A model generated the notes under the pieces. It did not search any database, had not been told where the DNA came from, and saw nothing but the letters and a program-made list of their open reading frames with translations. A DNA stretch of 63,107 nt, the filler included, from Rhabdomonas costata (Eukaryota), in NCBI GenBank assembly GCA_019059605.1. It is 56 parts of 56 records of this genome, joined end to end, with 100 filler letters (N's around TTAATTAATTAA, not from the genome) between each part and the next. Parts side by side here need not be neighbours in the genome. Positions count along the whole stretch, not along the records: positions 11,289 to 12,317 come from JAHMHO010032588.1; positions 12,418 to 13,446 come from JAHMHO010032589.1; positions 13,547 to 14,575 come from JAHMHO010032590.1; positions 14,676 to 15,704 come from JAHMHO010032591.1; positions 15,805 to 16,833 come from JAHMHO010032592.1; positions 16,934 to 17,962 come from JAHMHO010032593.1; positions 18,063 to 19,090 come from JAHMHO010032594.1; positions 19,191 to 20,219 come from JAHMHO010032595.1; 48 more parts are not named here. The stretch is one strand, 5' to 3'. Shown piece after piece: positions 11,189 through 24,321 of the stretch. A program made the position numbers and the translations under genes. Numbering within the stretch: position 1 is the first letter of the stretch; each line of letters opens with the position of its first letter.

Positions 11189-12886
11189 NNNNNNNNNNNN
11201 NNNNNNNNNNNNNNNNNNNNNNNNNNNNNNNNTTAATTAATTAANNNNNNNNNNNNNNNNNNNNNNNNNNNNNNNNNNNNNNNNNNNNTGTGTGTTGGCG
11301 TGGTTGTTGGCTTGGGGGTCGTTTTTGCGGCAAGAAGACTTCATTGGCGAATGGGACTTGAGGTGATCCATCACGCCGAAGGCTTCAAAAACGGAATGGA
11401 CGAGCTTCTTGTGCAGTTGTTTGTGCCCGTGTATACGCGGAGAGAAATGGAAATCTGCGGTTGAGTTCGGAGGGGAGTTGGATTCAGGTGACCGCAAACC
11501 TCTCTGAGCCTCCGCAGACGCAAATTTGCACTGTCCAAAAAAAAGCAATAAAAGATTGTCGGTGGCTTCGTTGTGTTCTGGAAATTTCCTTCGTTGTGTT
11601 TGCCGTGTTGAAGGCTGTTCTTTTCCCGTGGGACTTGTCCTATTTTCCCTTTCCAGCCCCTCAGCAGTGCTTGTTTTTCATCTGTGTGGACCAATCTCGT
11701 ACCCTTCCTGAAGATGGATACCTCCGTCTCCCGATGCGATGACACCAATGCTCTGTTCAGGTGAGGGCTACAACGTCCCCTTTCCCCTCTGCCCAACAAC
11801 AGTTCAAAGTTGCAGAATATTTTTTATACGGCCAATTTATCTCAAAATTAAGTGGGGGGGGGGTCAAAAACACAACGAGAAATGCCAAAACGAAGCAAAG
11901 CACCTCCAGGGAAAAAGCAGTTTTTCATTTCCTCCCCTATGTCTTCCAAAAATACCTGATCGAGTGAACTTTTCGATTGTGGCACGGACAAATGTCAGGA
12001 GAATTGCAGGAGTATTGTCGAATACCAACTCCGTTTATGTTTGGATGGATTTATTCATCGCCATAGGTCCTGCACACGTTGCGGGTAAATGACATGCGCT
12101 TGTGTGCGAATGTGAGCATTCATATCTGTGACCACCGAACAACTGTGCGGCTTCCGTTTGCGGGGGCAAGCCAACGGTCTGGTAATTTCAGTTTCGGACA
12201 TAGTTTGCCCGCAGCCGTCTGAAACCCTGTCAGAACCAGCTCCTCCCATACACTATTTTCACTTATCACTCAGCCGTTATATTTTTATGGCGCTCGTATA
12301 CGACGTGCACCCAACCCNNNNNNNNNNNNNNNNNNNNNNNNNNNNNNNNNNNNNNNNNNNNTTAATTAATTAANNNNNNNNNNNNNNNNNNNNNNNNNNN
12401 NNNNNNNNNNNNNNNNNGGGTGGGGAACACCGCGAGCAAACCCCACCGAAATATATATTGGATTGGAATACGAGGAGGGTATCAGGCTGCCAAGTTATGA
12501 AATCTGTGTAGAGACGGCATAATACAATGTAATAGCAATATTACTCAAGCGAGTGAATACTGTTTTGTGTACAGCAGTGGTCAGACCCCACTCCGCGCGT
12601 ACTTTATCTCGCACAAAATATATTGTCTTTCTTGGGATCTTGGCTATCGTCTCTGTGATGTGGAATGAGCAATAAAAAAGTTGAGGTGCGCCGTTGTGGG
12701 GTTTGAAACGGGGATTTCCTGAGACGTTCTGCAGTCCGCAAAATGACGGTGATCTTCTGCATTCCCGAGGTTCCAGCTGCAGATTGTATTGACTTTTGCT
12801 CGGTCCTACCTCCTATCACCAAATGAGTCGAAAGATTCGAGGGTGGGGGCTTCGTGTTTAGAGGAGTGGTTTGCCGTGCCATGCAG

Positions 12887-13066
12887 GCCCGGATGGAGGG
12901 CCACGCCTATTACAAGATGGGGGAGCACCTGGCGCAGCGTCCCGAGACCCTGAACTCCTCGCTGAAGTACTTCCAGAGCTACCTCAACATCTGCCGCCGC
13001 CTTAGTGACCTCCAGGGCGAGGCCAAGGCCCTCAACTGCCTGGGCATCGCCTACCAAGAGCTAGGG
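12887..13066 (+). CDS. Exon of a tetratricopeptide-repeat protein
   Basis: 180-nt exon, cag|...|gt, GC3-rich: ARMEGHAYYKMGEHL...SLKYFQSYLNICRRLSDLQGEAKALNCLGIAYQELG. This fits the TPR consensus (GEAxAxxxLGxAYxxLG). Confidence 0.8.
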
Positions 13067-13979
13067 GTCTCACCCGTGCGCTGAACGTTCCCCCCCGCAC
13101 ACACACACACACCTGCTTAATGTTTCCATGCTCTCGCTCTCTGGTTTTGTACCTTTTTCCGTTGCGTCACTGAAGTTTTCGTGGCTTATCCCTGACTACT
13201 GGGAATGAACACGTACAGTAACCGCAGCAGGCATCAGATCATTCCATTGATTGATGAACTAACTGTCCAGCACCGTCCTGTGGAGGCTTTTGGGACATGC
13301 ATCAAGGAAAGGGCGGTTTCTTGTGCCCGGGAACACGAGAGCAAAAGCCCCACACACCACGAGACTTACACATCAGCCGCAACCGCGCATTCACCTCAGT
13401 GCCGTGAGCGGGGCCTTCAGTTCACATTCGCTTGGGAAACACACAANNNNNNNNNNNNNNNNNNNNNNNNNNNNNNNNNNNNNNNNNNNNTTAATTAATT
13501 AANNNNNNNNNNNNNNNNNNNNNNNNNNNNNNNNNNNNNNNNNNNNTTTGGTTGGGGTTTGGCGCACCTACAAGATCCACGCCATACTTGCGTCTGACGT
13601 ATTCCAAATGGCTGGAAAGCTTATCAAGCCCCACGCAATTGTGCTGCAAGACAATGCACCAGCGGAGCAGCAGGTTGAGAGACAAACAGAGTGAAGGCGT
13701 ACCCATGCAAACCCGACATTGCAGATGCCAACCTCGCTGATTCGGCGACGTCCTCGCTACCATCCGAGCTTTTTGCCATCCCTTCATAGGACTCCGAGGA
13801 ACTCTCCGATCGAGACCGCCAGCAGATCCCTAGCCTAGGAGAGCCGAAGCTAAAATCCAAGAGAAGACGAAAGCTGTCCCCACGCCGTCTCGTTGAGATG
13901 CAGCTTGACCTCAAAAACAGACCACTCGACCACGAAATCTGTGGTCCCCGAGCCGCACGGCCGCTGTGCCTCAGGAGGT

Positions 13980-14566
13980 CCTTGAACTTCCCAGACAAGC
14001 TGCTCCCAAGTCTGCCCCACTCCAGGCCTACCTATCACAAAATAGACCTGGTGAAGTACGCCAAATTTCCAGCTCAACGACTCTACCGCATTTCCACCCT
14101 TGAGAAGTTGCAAAAGCAGCTAACGTAAATAACGGATCTTGGATTCATTGAACCTACCGTGTGACCTTACGAAGCGGGCATCTTTTTTGCTAACTGAAAA
14201 CTTATAATTTGTGTTGACTACCGACATTTAAACGCAATCACTACAGTAGAAGGATTGATGAAAATGATTGATTAGGTGTGGAAGGCTTGCTACTTCATCA
14301 AGCTTGACCTCAACTCTGGCTTTCACCAAATCTGAGTGTACCAAAAGCACTTCCACCGTACTGCATTTAAGACTAAGTACGGCACGTTCCACTACCGGGT
14401 CATGCCATTTGGGTTTTTTAACGCCCCCTCTACCATCCAACTGACGATGGACATTGTCATGTACTATCTCCGTGATTTTGCCGGAGCTTACATTGACGAT
14501 GTGCTAATCTTCACTAAAGCGCTTGGAACACCTGCACTACATCCGACGAGTGTACGAACAACTTGA
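13980..14566 (+). mobile_element. Decayed Ty3/Gypsy LTR-retrotransposon reverse transcriptase
   Basis: Motifs HKIDL, LGFIEP, CVDYRHLNAIT, KLDLNSGFHQI, RTAFKTKYGTFHYRVMPFGFFNAPSTIQ and YIDD (14489-14500), interrupted by stops and frameshifts. Confidence 0.92.
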
Positions 14567-15804
14567 CAACAACCCNNNNNNNNNNNNNNNNNNNNNNNNN
14601 NNNNNNNNNNNNNNNNNNNTTAATTAATTAANNNNNNNNNNNNNNNNNNNNNNNNNNNNNNNNNNNNNNNNNNNNGGTGTGGTGGTTGACTGAAAATCGG
14701 CATGCACAGACCAGAAGATAAGTAGCTTCGTCATCTTTTGGTGGAACCCAGATGCTTTTGCAGGACACGCTTCATCATATCATCTCTTTTCCATGGTTTG
14801 TGTGCCTTTCCTTTCCGCCTCAGGGCCTCTCTCTCTCTCTCTCTTTCTTTGTTCCACTTGACTTGCAGTCGCTTGTAAGTGAAGCCCAGACGGCAATCTC
14901 TGTTTGTGAAGCCCGTTCTGGATTCGTGGATGCTCATGCTGTGCCTTTTCACCATTTTTTCCCTGAAGAGCGGTGGGAGCTGGGCGTCTTCGTTCCATCT
15001 CGTTTCTTCTGTGCCTGTCTGCTCTTTCTGGTTGTTGTGTTGGCTCTGGTGGTGGTCGTTGCGGGCCTACTTGTATACTTTGCTCTTCGTGCCTGATCTT
15101 TGGTCATCGGGCCTGACCGAATTTGTTCCGGGAAATACGTGCCTTTGAACGAGGGATGGAGGCACAGGAAGGCTTCCTGAGTCGAATTTCTTCGCGCTTC
15201 CCTCTGCGAAGAAAGTGAACAAAAACCAAGCGTGGCCGAGCAGAGCGGGAGGTGGTCTCTGAGCTGTTATGAAACATGCTTAGCACACATTTGGGACGGG
15301 TTCTTGCGCGGTGCTTGCGCCGTGAACGCAGCTGTCGCTGGGACGCTCCACGCGCTCAAGCCGATTGACCCATTCACTAAGAGTGGACTGAGCAAGGCAG
15401 GGTTTAACTGCCGCTTTGCCAGAACCTCTTCTTACCAAAACTCGAATTTATCAACAAATTTCGATAGCTTCTGAAGACTGCGATTTCAAAAAAGTTTAGA
15501 AAAAGTAAAGAAAAAATAAATCAAACACTAAAATTTGGAGACATGCCAAGTTTCAATCAAGTGAACCGCGAAAGTGCCACGACCCATGTGAGCAGGATTT
15601 CTCCCCCCGATGCTGAGCGAGGTGGGGAGGTTAGAAGGTTTCTTTTGCGCGTTTCCCATGTTGAAGACTGGGACAGTGGGGGTGGTGGGGGTCCACCCCA
15701 CAAANNNNNNNNNNNNNNNNNNNNNNNNNNNNNNNNNNNNNNNNNNNNTTAATTAATTAANNNNNNNNNNNNNNNNNNNNNNNNNNNNNNNNNNNNNNNN
15801 NNNN

Positions 15805-16069
15805 TTGTTTGGGGTGTGGGGGGTCGGTACAGGAAGTTGCTCCAGTTGGGGTCGGTCTGCATGTAGCACCACTCGAACAGCTCCGCGAGGGTCAGCTGAA
15901 GCAGCCGCAGCCCCAGCTCATCCCGCTGGGCCTGCGTCACGGTCGAGGGGAGAGCTGCGGGGGCGGAAGAGGAGGGCCCCGAGGAGAGGGAGGAGGAGGT
16001 GGCGGTTGCTGAGGGGTCCGCCAGGCGGTCCAAGGGGAAGGCCCCGGTGACGAGCGTCGTGGTCAGAAC
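15805..16069 (-). CDS. COQ8: Exon of a COQ8/ABC1 atypical kinase (ubiquinone biosynthesis)
   Basis: After cag| reads VLTTTLVTGAFPLDRL...QRDELGLRLLQLTLAELFEWCYMQTDPNWSNFLY. MQTDPNWSNFLY is diagnostic of the COQ8 subfamily. Confidence 0.9.
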
Positions 16070-17586
16070 CTGTTTTGGGGCACGGAGATTACGAGGAAGG
16101 GAGGGAGGGAAACTGACCACGGATGAATTGTCGTCAACGGTGTTTCCAACAGTTGAGAGACAGGCAGGTTTCCTATTCTTAGACGGATTTCTCACCACCC
16201 AAGAAAAAGCAGAAAAACACCACCCAAACAGCAGTTTCGTCAGGGTACCAAACCTGCAGAGTCAAAACGCACGAATGTCAGGTTGAAGAAAGGTAGTTCG
16301 GCTTTCTGCTTTGCACACTGTCCTCCAACGTTCTAAGTGAAGAAAAAGAACAAGAAGAACCTCCAAATGGGCGCTACTTCCAAAGTGTGAAGAACCATAT
16401 ACAGAGTGTTCGGTTTCAGTTCGTTCCGGTTTGCCCCGGATTGGCAGCCCACGCGGGTGGCAGTGCCCCTCTCCGCACTTCTGATGGAGGAGGCCTGTGT
16501 TTTGGGTGTTGTGCGTCGTGTTTTCGGATGGAGCCATTGAGGCACCCACTCCTCCGCCTGTGTAATCCACACAACATGACTCTTGGCAAAGTGAACGTTT
16601 TTGTGTGGAGGCACTAGAATCAAAGACGTGGTATGTGTTTGTGTGTGCGTGTGCGTGTGGCCTGCAAAGTGGTTTCGAATAAATGCCTGGCCTTTTGCTT
16701 CTTGCACGGCCGTAATTGTCATTGGTTGCCATGTACTGTCGATTAGGAGTGGGAACATTGCGCACTCTTGTACTTGCTTTCCCCTACGTTCACCATGGCA
16801 GGGAACCGATTCTTGGAACCTTTGGCACGCAACNNNNNNNNNNNNNNNNNNNNNNNNNNNNNNNNNNNNNNNNNNNNTTAATTAATTAANNNNNNNNNNN
16901 NNNNNNNNNNNNNNNNNNNNNNNNNNNNNNNNNGGTTTTTTGTATGCATCACTCTTTCCTTTCCTTTGGGCAAAAGCAAATGTGTGTGGGATAATAAGAG
17001 GTCCACGCACGCACTGACAGCCTTCCACTCAATCTCTCTCTTCGGCTCCGAAGATGGCCAACTCTGGGTGGTGCCTCAAATTGTTTTCTTCGGTTTTGTT
17101 TCGGGTTGTTTTTTCTCCATTCTCCTCTGGGGAGCCCCCCGCACCGCTATCTTTTAGGTGCGTGATCGGATCCATTTTCTGCTTTGTGATGTTTTGTCGC
17201 TTGCTTCCCTTTGGGCAGCCGAAGGGTGGGACGGTTGTACTTGAGCGCTACCGCAGGGCTGCGGTCTTCTTCAGCCCTGTCCTTTGCTCAACTACAGCTC
17301 TCCCGCCCGCTTTTGACGATAGAGGTGGTCGCGTTCTGCGCTGTCTGAAATCTCTCTTTCGGTTTCCCTTACCGCACTGAATACAAGAAACGCCGCCTTC
17401 TTGCCCTGTGGTAAGGTGTGCTGCGATTTCAGAGCGGTGTGGTGATAGTGTATTTTACTCTCTTCTTACTCTTCTTTCCTTCGGCCGCGCATTTCTTTCT
17501 CTTTGCAATCGGTTTCTGGCGACTCTTTGTTATGGAGTTGCGCCTTCTGACCTCGCTTATGTGTCGGTATTAAGTGTTGCGTTTCG

Positions 17587-17617
<31 letters not shown>

Positions 17618-19190
17618 AAGTGCGTCTGTTAGGCCGTCTTGCGGCCTCTTCTGGCAACTTCGGGATTGCCCTCGTGTGGCTGGGCTTGTTGTGTGTATCC
17701 CTTCCTTCCTGTTTAACAGGTTGTTTATGAAGAAGTTGCTGTCCCCACGGGGCTATTTTCTTTGGGGGGGTTTGTATTGGCGGAGCGCTGTCGTCTTTTT
17801 GTGTTTTCTTTCCCCTCATTCGCATTCGCGAACGGGGAGTAAGCTTGGCCTCAGCGAGCTCGAGCCTTCTGCAGGCGACGCGCATCTGCAAAACCAACCA
17901 ACTGCATGTGGTGCTGTTGGTTGTGGGATGAACTTGCTTCGTCTTGCGCTGCCCGCTGCCACNNNNNNNNNNNNNNNNNNNNNNNNNNNNNNNNNNNNNN
18001 NNNNNNTTAATTAATTAANNNNNNNNNNNNNNNNNNNNNNNNNNNNNNNNNNNNNNNNNNNNGGGTTGGTGTGTCAGCCGACTGCACTAGCACAGTCAAG
18101 TCGTGCGACTCCTTTGCAGAACCTCCGCCTCAAGCGTCAGTGCTCTACCGAAGGACGTCCTTCCGCCTTTCCTGCGTTCGTGCCCGCATCGGGACGAGTA
18201 GAGATGTGCGCGGACCGGAGCGTCGTGCGCTCCTCATTGCTGAGCACCTCAAGCCATGTCGTCGCTGCTGTAGCTGCTGCGCTTTTCGCAGGTGTAGTTA
18301 GAGCTACGATTTTTTTGGCCGGTATTGCAGATACGCTTGGATATTGTCAGCAAGTGAGTCTTCCATCATCAGGGTTTGATTCTGTTGCTGGTTTTGGCGC
18401 AAAAAGTCGAAAATTGTATGCTGATTCTCTCGGGGTACTGATCCCTGTTTGTGTAGGTCCTGCATTGGTTCTATGGGCCTGTTACGCTGGACTCAGTGCT
18501 GGGCTGAAAAGAGTTGCTGATCTCTTTGCAGGTTGGCAAGAACTTTATTTTCGTACACCGCACACCTCTTGCTGTCTAGAAGTTGCACTCGTCCCTCCCC
18601 CCACCCTCTGTTTTTGTTTGCAACGTATGTACCAGCTTCAAGTGATATCAAACTCTTCTTCAATTTGGCCTTGTGGGTTGAATGGACCTTGCTTTCAGAA
18701 TCCATCGGGGCACCTTGAGGACATTTTCATCATTCTTTAGCTTTCGTTCGTTCGTTCGTTCGTTCGTTCTTTTTTACTTTTCTGTGGTGGTTGCTCTTTC
18801 GTCTCTTTGTTTTGAGGAATTTTCATTTTCGGAAGCATTTCTGCTCACGGATTGTGCCTGGCATACGAGAGCGTGACAATCAAAACGTAGCCTTAAAAGG
18901 AGTTAATCAATCGCTCGTGGAAACGAAGCAGCGGTGACAAAACGTTTGAAAAAGGACCAACTCCGCCAAAGTGAGTAGTTATTGGTCGCAAAAAAGGGGA
19001 AGCATTTACGACGCGCTACAAAGTTTATTAGACATAGCAAAGCGTTGCGAATGCCCCCCCCCCCATCTCCGCGAGAAAACGGCAGGGCACNNNNNNNNNN
19101 NNNNNNNNNNNNNNNNNNNNNNNNNNNNNNNNNNTTAATTAATTAANNNNNNNNNNNNNNNNNNNNNNNNNNNNNNNNNNNNNNNNNNNN

Positions 19191-20128
19191 CCCTCCCAAC
19201 TCATCCTGCACGACATGGCTGCAGGCAGCTGAGACCAAAGATTGGCAGGTGAGGCTTCGGCCACCACCCGAGGTGCCACCAAATGTGTCTCAGCACCGCA
19301 TTGCAAGCCAAAAAACAAAAAAGCCCATTAAAAACATTGGAACGAGTTGCAGGGCAGCAAAGCAATCTAACATTGATGGGGAACCGGGTAGAACCTCCCC
19401 GCCTCTATATCAGCAATCCGAGTCCAGTACTTTCCAGAACGGTCGAACATCCCCGCCTTCGTCGCCTCCGGAATACTGTAGCTGACCTGGCCCGCAGGTG
19501 GCTTAGCCGCCTCGTACTTGTGTTTTCGCCGAAAGGAACTAAACAGCGACGAGTTCCTCAGCACACCCAGGCCTCGATGAAATCGTGCGAAGGCACGAAC
19601 GTGAAGGCCCTTGGGGTATCTGTGGTGTTGTGTATTCCTCGCAACGCAGGTGTTGATCTGGAGTACCGCACCGTCGTAGAGCAGGTTGGCCAGATCCACA
19701 AGACAGGCCTAAATGTTGGACAAAATGGGGTGGATTTATTTTCAATGGAATCCTCTTGGGAAAGCGCATTGTTACCGAGTTCACAGAGTTCTTCTGCAAA
19801 AAGGACTTTCCTGAAACTTCCAGAGCACCTGTTTAATCTGAGTTCAAGAAGAAACAAACCGAGGCCATCGAAACAGCGAATCACGGGGCAGTTGAATACG
19901 CTTCCCCACCATTCCTTGACGCACACCGCTCTTGCTCCCTCCTTCTGGGCTGCACCTGAGAATGCCACCAGGAGATGCAGTCAAAGCCGTCGTAGTACGG
20001 GAGTAGCAAACCGTCAAAGAACACATCCGCATGGAACCCCATCACGGCGGCATCCGGGGAGTAGTGGACTTGAGCCTCGGCCCCGTGGACTATTTTGCGC
20101 ACGATTCCTTTGTATCGGGGCCCCGCAG
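19191..20128 (-). CDS. Six-exon fragment of an unrecognised protein; exons 20128-20012, 19955-19900, 19708-19672, 19619-19567, 19516-19395, 19218-<19191
   Basis: Five GT-AG introns (56, 191, 52, 50, 176 nt) splice with consistent phases into one open frame: GPRYKGIVRKIVHGAEAQVHYSPDAAVMGFHADVFFDGAAQKEGARAVCVKEWWGSACLVDLANLLYDDTPRAFTFVPSHDFIEAWYEAAK... Confidence 0.6.
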
Positions 20129-20341
20129 CTGCAGGTCGATATTTTAACAGACTATCTTGAAAGGCTGTAGGTAGGCACTTTGATGTCTTTTGAGACTGCT
20201 CCTACCCCTGTCCCGCCACNNNNNNNNNNNNNNNNNNNNNNNNNNNNNNNNNNNNNNNNNNNNTTAATTAATTAANNNNNNNNNNNNNNNNNNNNNNNNN
20301 NNNNNNNNNNNNNNNNNNNGGTTTGTGGTAGCCTTTCAACG

Positions 20342-20551
20342 CAAAAGATAGAGGTGGGTTCTTGCACATACGCTGCGGGTGCTGTCAATAAACCCTCTCT
20401 ATCTTTTGCGTTGAAAGGCTAGAGAGGGTTTATTGACAGCACCCGCAGCGTATGTGCAAGAACCCACCTCTATCTTTTGCGTTGAAAGGCTACCACAAAA
20501 GATAGAGGTGGGTTCTTGCACATACGCTGCGGGTGCTGTCAATAAACCCTC
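20342..20551. repeat. Direct-inverted-direct triple copy of a 56-bp segment at a contig start (probable amplification fold-back)
   Basis: Identical copies at 20342-20397 (+), 20424-20479 (-) and 20496-20551 (+). Confidence 0.9.
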
Positions 20552-21126
20552 CGCGGTGGGGAAGGAAGCGGCACAGGATATAAAAGAAGAGCCACCAAGA
20601 GGCACGGGTGAGTACCGGCGTGAGGTTGCAAGTACCGGCCACAAAGCGTTTCGGGAGCCCTACTATAAACAGAAAAGCCCCGGGCCAGCTTCGGCTTTGG
20701 CTTGGACATGGAGACGGAATCAGTGATTTCGCCATGAAAGGTGCATCCGGGAGGTCAATGATGAGGTGAGGCGGCATGCATGAGTCCGCCGTGAACATGG
20801 AGAACCTATAAAATACCTGGTTGGATATAGCTGGCTGGATGGTGATCTAATGGAAGCCGGTCATGACCAGCCACATACGGAAGGGGGGGCTTTTTGACGA
20901 CGAAGTGTCATTCGCCGTAAAGAATTTCCATTCGAAGCCCATTCGGATTAAAAAACAAAGGGGGTGGAAGGTGACGGGAACAAAAAGCACCGAAGTGAAG
21001 ACGAGCTGCGAGCTGGGCTGGAACTTCATAAAGCCCTCAATGGCCGCACCGAACAGTGGGGACATCGTCAGTGAGCCCCCTCCGCCCAAGACAACAGCCC
21101 CGGGCCTCAGCAGACGGCCCTCACAC

Positions 21127-21231
21127 CGTAAGCCCGCCATGGCGTTCAACACCACCTGGGAGACCTTAGTGGGCACAGGCACGAACCCCTCTACAAGCTC
21201 CGCGGCATCTACGTGCTCGTCCAGAAATATC
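21127..21231 (-). CDS. Putative exon of an unknown protein
   Basis: cag|...|gtgtga boundaries; IFLDEHVDAAELVEGFVPVPTKVSQVVLNAMAGL. No family recognised. Confidence 0.35.
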
Positions 21232-21892
21232 CTGGAAAACGTAAAGGAGAGAAGACTCTTCCTTACATCACAAGGCAATAGCATCGAAAAACAGCAAACA
21301 ACGTGACACTCTCGCTGTCCTCACCTGACGGCTTCTTTCCACAACACANNNNNNNNNNNNNNNNNNNNNNNNNNNNNNNNNNNNNNNNNNNNTTAATTAA
21401 TTAANNNNNNNNNNNNNNNNNNNNNNNNNNNNNNNNNNNNNNNNNNNNGGTGGTGGGGGGGGATAATGCAAGCCTACCAGTGGGTGGGTGTGAGGCACAG
21501 CAAGACTGCGAGACATCGTGGAGTCTACAAGCTTGAATTGCCCATTTTTGTCAGGCTCTGGAGATTGTGCCGGTCACATCTGCACACGTCATTATTAGCG
21601 GCAGCACAGGTTAGCAAAATTAGCACAAAAGCACCAAGATAAAGGGAAAGTGTTCGGGAAAGAGAGAGCTTGAGAAAAGAAAAGTGAGCGGCTTAGACAG
21701 AGAGGTACTTACGAGTACTACTGGGAGAAAGATTGGGAGAAAGATGCTAAATTGTAACGGGGATGAGTGCTTTGCCTCACTCTCGGTGTGACTGTCTGTA
21801 CCCACGCATATTGGCAAACAATATTAAGAATCAGATACTCTTTCTCTTTCATTCAATTTAAAGTACGCACACAAAAGCACAAAGGCACATAC

Positions 21893-22063
21893 CACCACCA
21901 CGGCAGCGGAGGCAGTGGCTGCTGCCATGGCGGTCTCCAGGACTGCAATGAACTGGGACAGCACGGCATGTAGGGTAGGCTCAACACAGGCAGAGCTAAC
22001 AGGGCGGTCTCTGCCCAGCACCGCAAACGCGGAGCAGCCGTAGGCGGACACTAGGAACTGCAC
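21893..22063 (-). CDS. Putative exon of an unknown protein
   Basis: 171-nt phase-0 exon, ttctcag|...|gtatgt: VQFLVSAYGCSAFAVLGRDRPVSSACVEPTLHAVLSQFIAVLETAMAAATASAAVVV. Confidence 0.5.
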
Positions 22064-22939
22064 CTGAGAAGCAAGAACACGCGCTGACTGACCTTGTAAT
22101 GGTCCGAGGGCAAACTGAGCAGGTCTGAGGTCATTACAACACCCCGAGAAGCCTCCCAAAACATTGAGAGAGCGGGGACTTAAGGGGGAGACGTGACCAC
22201 GCTCTCTCGGGATTCTCTCGTTTCCATGATTTGTGTTTTTTTTGCTTCGAAAGGTGTCATCCAGTTTAAAAATGCCGATCATAGGAACCAGCGACTCTGG
22301 CGGAAAGGCAGCCACGTGTTCAAAGTCGAAGTCCCCGCCCCCTCATCACAAACTTCTGTGCCGAAAAACCCACACAAGAGAGTATAAACCCACATCACGC
22401 AGGTTGCAAGAAAACACAGAGCGGACGAGCCGGAGCCTTTAAATGGGGGAAACTTCAGCAAGGCACCCCACCAACAANNNNNNNNNNNNNNNNNNNNNNN
22501 NNNNNNNNNNNNNNNNNNNNNTTAATTAATTAANNNNNNNNNNNNNNNNNNNNNNNNNNNNNNNNNNNNNNNNNNNNTACTAGCGGCTTACAAACATGGT
22601 TAAAAGACTTCTGTTCGAAATGGTACAGACTAATCTCTCAGTTTCCGTGAGGAGCTAGTTTAATATCCATTTCGCCGGGCGTTTGTTAGGGTGTTTTTAC
22701 TTCCGCGGGCTTGCGGGTCAGCTTTTTCACGACGTGGGGCTTTGGACTGTGTGGCTATTGCTTCAGCAGCGCACGTTGTCCAAAGCACCACCGTTTAAAA
22801 TCACGATGGGACAGCAACAAACCTGCTCTTCTACCACACGCTGGTTTTCGCGGCGGCTCTTTTGCCTCTTCAATTTTCTACGGCAACTTAATTAACCAAC
22901 TTTTCTACGGCGACCACGTTAACGCAACTCTGCTGTTTT

Positions 22940-23500
22940 AGGTTTCCAATCCTTCTGCGACAGGACTTTGGATTTTCGCAGTTTCTTACACAACTCCTCC
23001 TTTTGCTTTTCTCATGTTTCGTCCATTCCAACCTCTTTAAGTGGCTTTTGCCCCATTCGGATCTCCGGGTAGGCTTTCTATACATTACTTTTCCGTGTAT
23101 AAAACTTCACTGCCTACCACATGACAGCTTTTTATATTACTCCAATGGTCGTGGCCTTTACATAGTACCAAAAATCTCCCGCCGAGATGCGAGACTCAGT
23201 CCTCCTTTCATTTCTTTTTGCCTTTTCGCTCTTATGGCCTGGCGTCCACTGCCTGGTGTTGACCTTCCGTACATTCTCTGCTCTTAAATGGGACTATTCC
23301 ACAGCTTTGCCATGCAACTTCCATTCTCTGATTTACACTCTCTCTTTTCATTTGCGCTGACTTCTGCATGTGGAGTCCTCCTTCACTGAATTTGGCTCCT
23401 ACGTGGCATACCACTGTACCTCTTCTTTTAACAGCATGTGTTTCACACTTTGGTGGGCGCTGGCCGTTGCATTGCTGCCTCAACCTGACCTCTGTCTTTT
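22940..23500 (-). mobile_element. Highly decayed non-LTR (RTE-like LINE) retrotransposon, post-RT region
   Basis: Collinear degenerate motifs across frames: HVGAKFSEGG..ESVNQRMEVAW (cf. YLGSxIxxxG..EIxxRIxxAW), REIFG..DHWSN, and RRSEWGKSHLKRL (cf. RRLRWxGHVxRM). Confidence 0.45.
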
Positions 23501-24321
23501 ACTCCTCGTTCCACTTTTTACACTTCCATTCCTTGCTCTTCTGGAATGCACCAAAGACTTCTTGCGCACCTTTTCTAGAAACGTTCCACTAATACTTATC
23601 AAAAACNNNNNNNNNNNNNNNNNNNNNNNNNNNNNNNNNNNNNNNNNNNNTTAATTAATTAANNNNNNNNNNNNNNNNNNNNNNNNNNNNNNNNNNNNNN
23701 NNNNNNTGTGGTGTGGGCTGAGCCGGATTTCTGAGTGGAGAAGTGAAATAGGAAAAACAGGGGAAAACAGCAGTGGGGAGGACGACCTCACTGAAAGGTC
23801 GTAGCATAGGTTATTTTCATCCTTTCCAAGAATGGAAAACAAACAACAAGGAGATGAAGCGCACAGGGTGAGCAGCGACCCACAACAGTCAGTTGGGCAA
23901 GATCGCTGAATTTCTGGCCCTATGTCGTGCAATGGTCGATTGATCGTGAGAGTTCTCCATCTGGGTGAGTTCGTGATGGTGCGTTATCACGTGCCTTTCG
24001 GCAGTTATTCGATGGTTTCGGCTTCTGTATAGTATTTTCCCTCCTCTACTTTTTGTTCTCTGTGTTTCTCTTTCCCGATTCTTCTTCTTCCCTTCCCTTC
24101 CTTCTTCCTTCCTCTTTTTGTTTGCTAACGTGACTGGTCTGATTGCCTTAGTGTTACGAAAGTGAATTTTTCCTTGCCATTCTTTTGCAACCCACCTTTG
24201 CCCTTGTACACAGTGCCGCTCCTTTTATGCTTCCATGCCGCTGTAAAACGTCTTCCTTCCACCCAAACTGTGAACAGCTGGTTACTGTGCACCCACTGTG
24301 AAATCAAAAAGCGTCCTTCAC

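Noticed and set aside
18066..18740. 224-aa ORF
   Set aside because: No domain. It runs through T-rich, UTR/intron-like sequence.
19283..20170. Longest ORF (295 aa, plus strand)
   Set aside because: Antisense to a phase-consistent six-exon gene, with no motif.
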